Below the pieces are notes generated by a model. It made no database searches, was not told where the DNA came from, and saw only the letters and a list, made by a program, of their open reading frames with translations. A program made the translations under genes and the position numbers. 64,000 nucleotides of DNA from an uncultured Melioribacter sp. (GTDB taxonomy: Bacteria; Bacteroidota; Ignavibacteria; Ignavibacteriales; Melioribacteraceae), in contig CAZHHG010000001.1 of assembly GCA_964532065.1 (NCBI GenBank), positions 35,811-99,810 of the forward strand. The letters are read 5' to 3'. Shown here piece by piece: positions 63,148 to 64,000 of this stretch (its first letter is position 1; the number at the start of each line of letters is the position of its first letter).

Positions 63148-64000
63148 TCAGACTCCGATCCTTGAATAGATTGCGTAAAAAATATAACGGCCGATTAATT
63201 CCTGTAACAACAGGATTCCGAAATAGAATGCATAATATCTTTTGCGGATCAATAGATTACCATCAATTCTATTCTTCCTTAGAATTAAAAGAAGCCAGAT
63301 AAATGCCGTAATTATTAATAGAACCCGCAGTAGCAACAGAAAAAGATTTTCATTAATCAGCAAATCAAAACTATCGCTGAATATTCCGTTTGAAAGATAG
63401 AACGGCTGATAAATAATAATTATCAACTGAATAAAAAGCGTTGTGAGAATAAATTTAGAAATCATACTGAAAGTGTTTGCGAGATTTCCCGGCTGAAACT
63501 CTTTAAGGCGGGAAAAATATTTTTCCTTATTCATCACAATGTTTATTGCATGAAGTATAGCGCCGCTTCCCAGAATCAATGACGTCATTACAAATGAGAG
63601 CGGTGTAAAAAAATTATTCCACACAGGTACAGTCCCGAGCATATAGACGAGGGACATGGAAGCAATTGTAATATATCCGAGGAGTACTGTAATAAGCGCA
63701 AGGATAAAAATTATTTTTCTTTCGTTTCCTTTTTTAATAAAGAAGAGAAGAAAGACACCTCCGCTGAATAAAAAGAGGATTAACGAAAGAATTTCCCTGC
63801 TGAGCCAGGAGGATTCCAGGTTATTGAGAGCATTGATTGCGTTGAGAGGCGATCCGAGATGAAATGCAGCTACAATTACAGAAAGTACAAGAATAAATCC
63901 GGTAACATTTAAAATCGGTCGTCCTGCTGCTGAGAAGACTCCCGCTTCGAGCTTAATGAATTTAACTTCGTTAACAATACCCAGAAAGAGGAAAGCACCT
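63148..64000 (-). CDS. DmsC-family (DMSO-reductase-type) membrane anchor subunit, 5' end beyond the right edge
   Basis: The ORF-track Met at 63657 is internal. The same frame has no stop up to position 63999 (checked codon by codon). The translation ...FHLGSPLNAINALNNLESSWLSREILSL...LGTVPVWNNFFTPLSF... carries the DmsC hallmarks HLG.P and SWLSRE and the VP.WN..TPLSF helix. Confidence 0.7.
   Translation of the reverse strand, partial: GAFLFLGIVNEVKFIKLEAGVFSAAGRPILNVTGFILVLSVIVAAFHLGSPLNAINALNNLESSWLSREILSLILFLFSGGVFLLFFIKKGNERKIIFILALITVLLGYITIASMSLVYMLGTVPVWNNFFTPLSFVMTSLILGSGAILHAINIVMNKEKYFSRLKEFQPGNLANTFSMISKFILTTLFIQLIIIIYQPFYLSNGIFSDSFDLLINENLFLLLLRVLLIITAFIWLLLILRKNRIDGNLLIRKRYYAFYFGILLLQELIGRYIFYAIYSRIGV

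Noticed and set aside
1-64000. Searched the whole window for CRISPR arrays, transposases, integrases, phage genes, toxin-antitoxin pairs and known defence-system signatures
   Set aside because: I found no regularly spaced direct repeats, no DDE/tyrosine/serine recombinase motifs, and no nuclease/helicase/ATPase clusters of defence type. The tRNA-Arg locus shows no flanking integrase or direct repeat of the tRNA 3' end.

Overview
This is a 64-kb chromosomal segment, low-to-moderate GC by eye. It probably comes from an FCB-group bacterium. The evidence is a TIGR04183-type T9SS C-terminal sorting domain, a CarboxypepD_reg-type outer-membrane receptor, and protein sequences that look Ignavibacteria-like to me; this taxonomic call is inference only. 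Most of the window is ordinary core genome. It holds a ruvA-ruvC-yebC-recJ block, RNase P RNA, an arginine operon argC-argJ-argB-argR-argG-argH with a sigma70-like promoter overlapped by an 18-bp palindrome, tRNA-Arg(CCG) and ornithine aminotransferase. It also holds three secreted peptidases (M13, S58/P1, S9B DPP-IV), a GH13 amylase, a 1104-aa secreted debranching-enzyme-like protein, a NatAB-like ABC-2 exporter, a ClC channel, an orphan PAS histidine kinase and a BlaI/BlaR1-type repressor/sensor pair. I found no CRISPR array, transposase, integrase, phage gene or recognisable defence system, so I cannot point to one clear novel system. The most unusual items are listed here. (1) A cyclic-nucleotide-binding domain fused to a full-length aspartase. 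(2) A DksA/TraR-type zinc finger fused to a PP2C phosphatase. (3) An operon tail at the right edge: DmsC-like anchor, signal-peptide-bearing Memo-like protein, SAM methyltransferase. (4) Two tandem paralogous two-domain outer-membrane proteins of no family I recognise. (5) A T9SS giant protein followed by a DUF362 protein and a secreted partner. (6) A 73-nt three-tier intercistronic hairpin. (7) A 16-aa/48-nt periodic repeat protein. All family names come from motif recognition by eye, and no searches were run.
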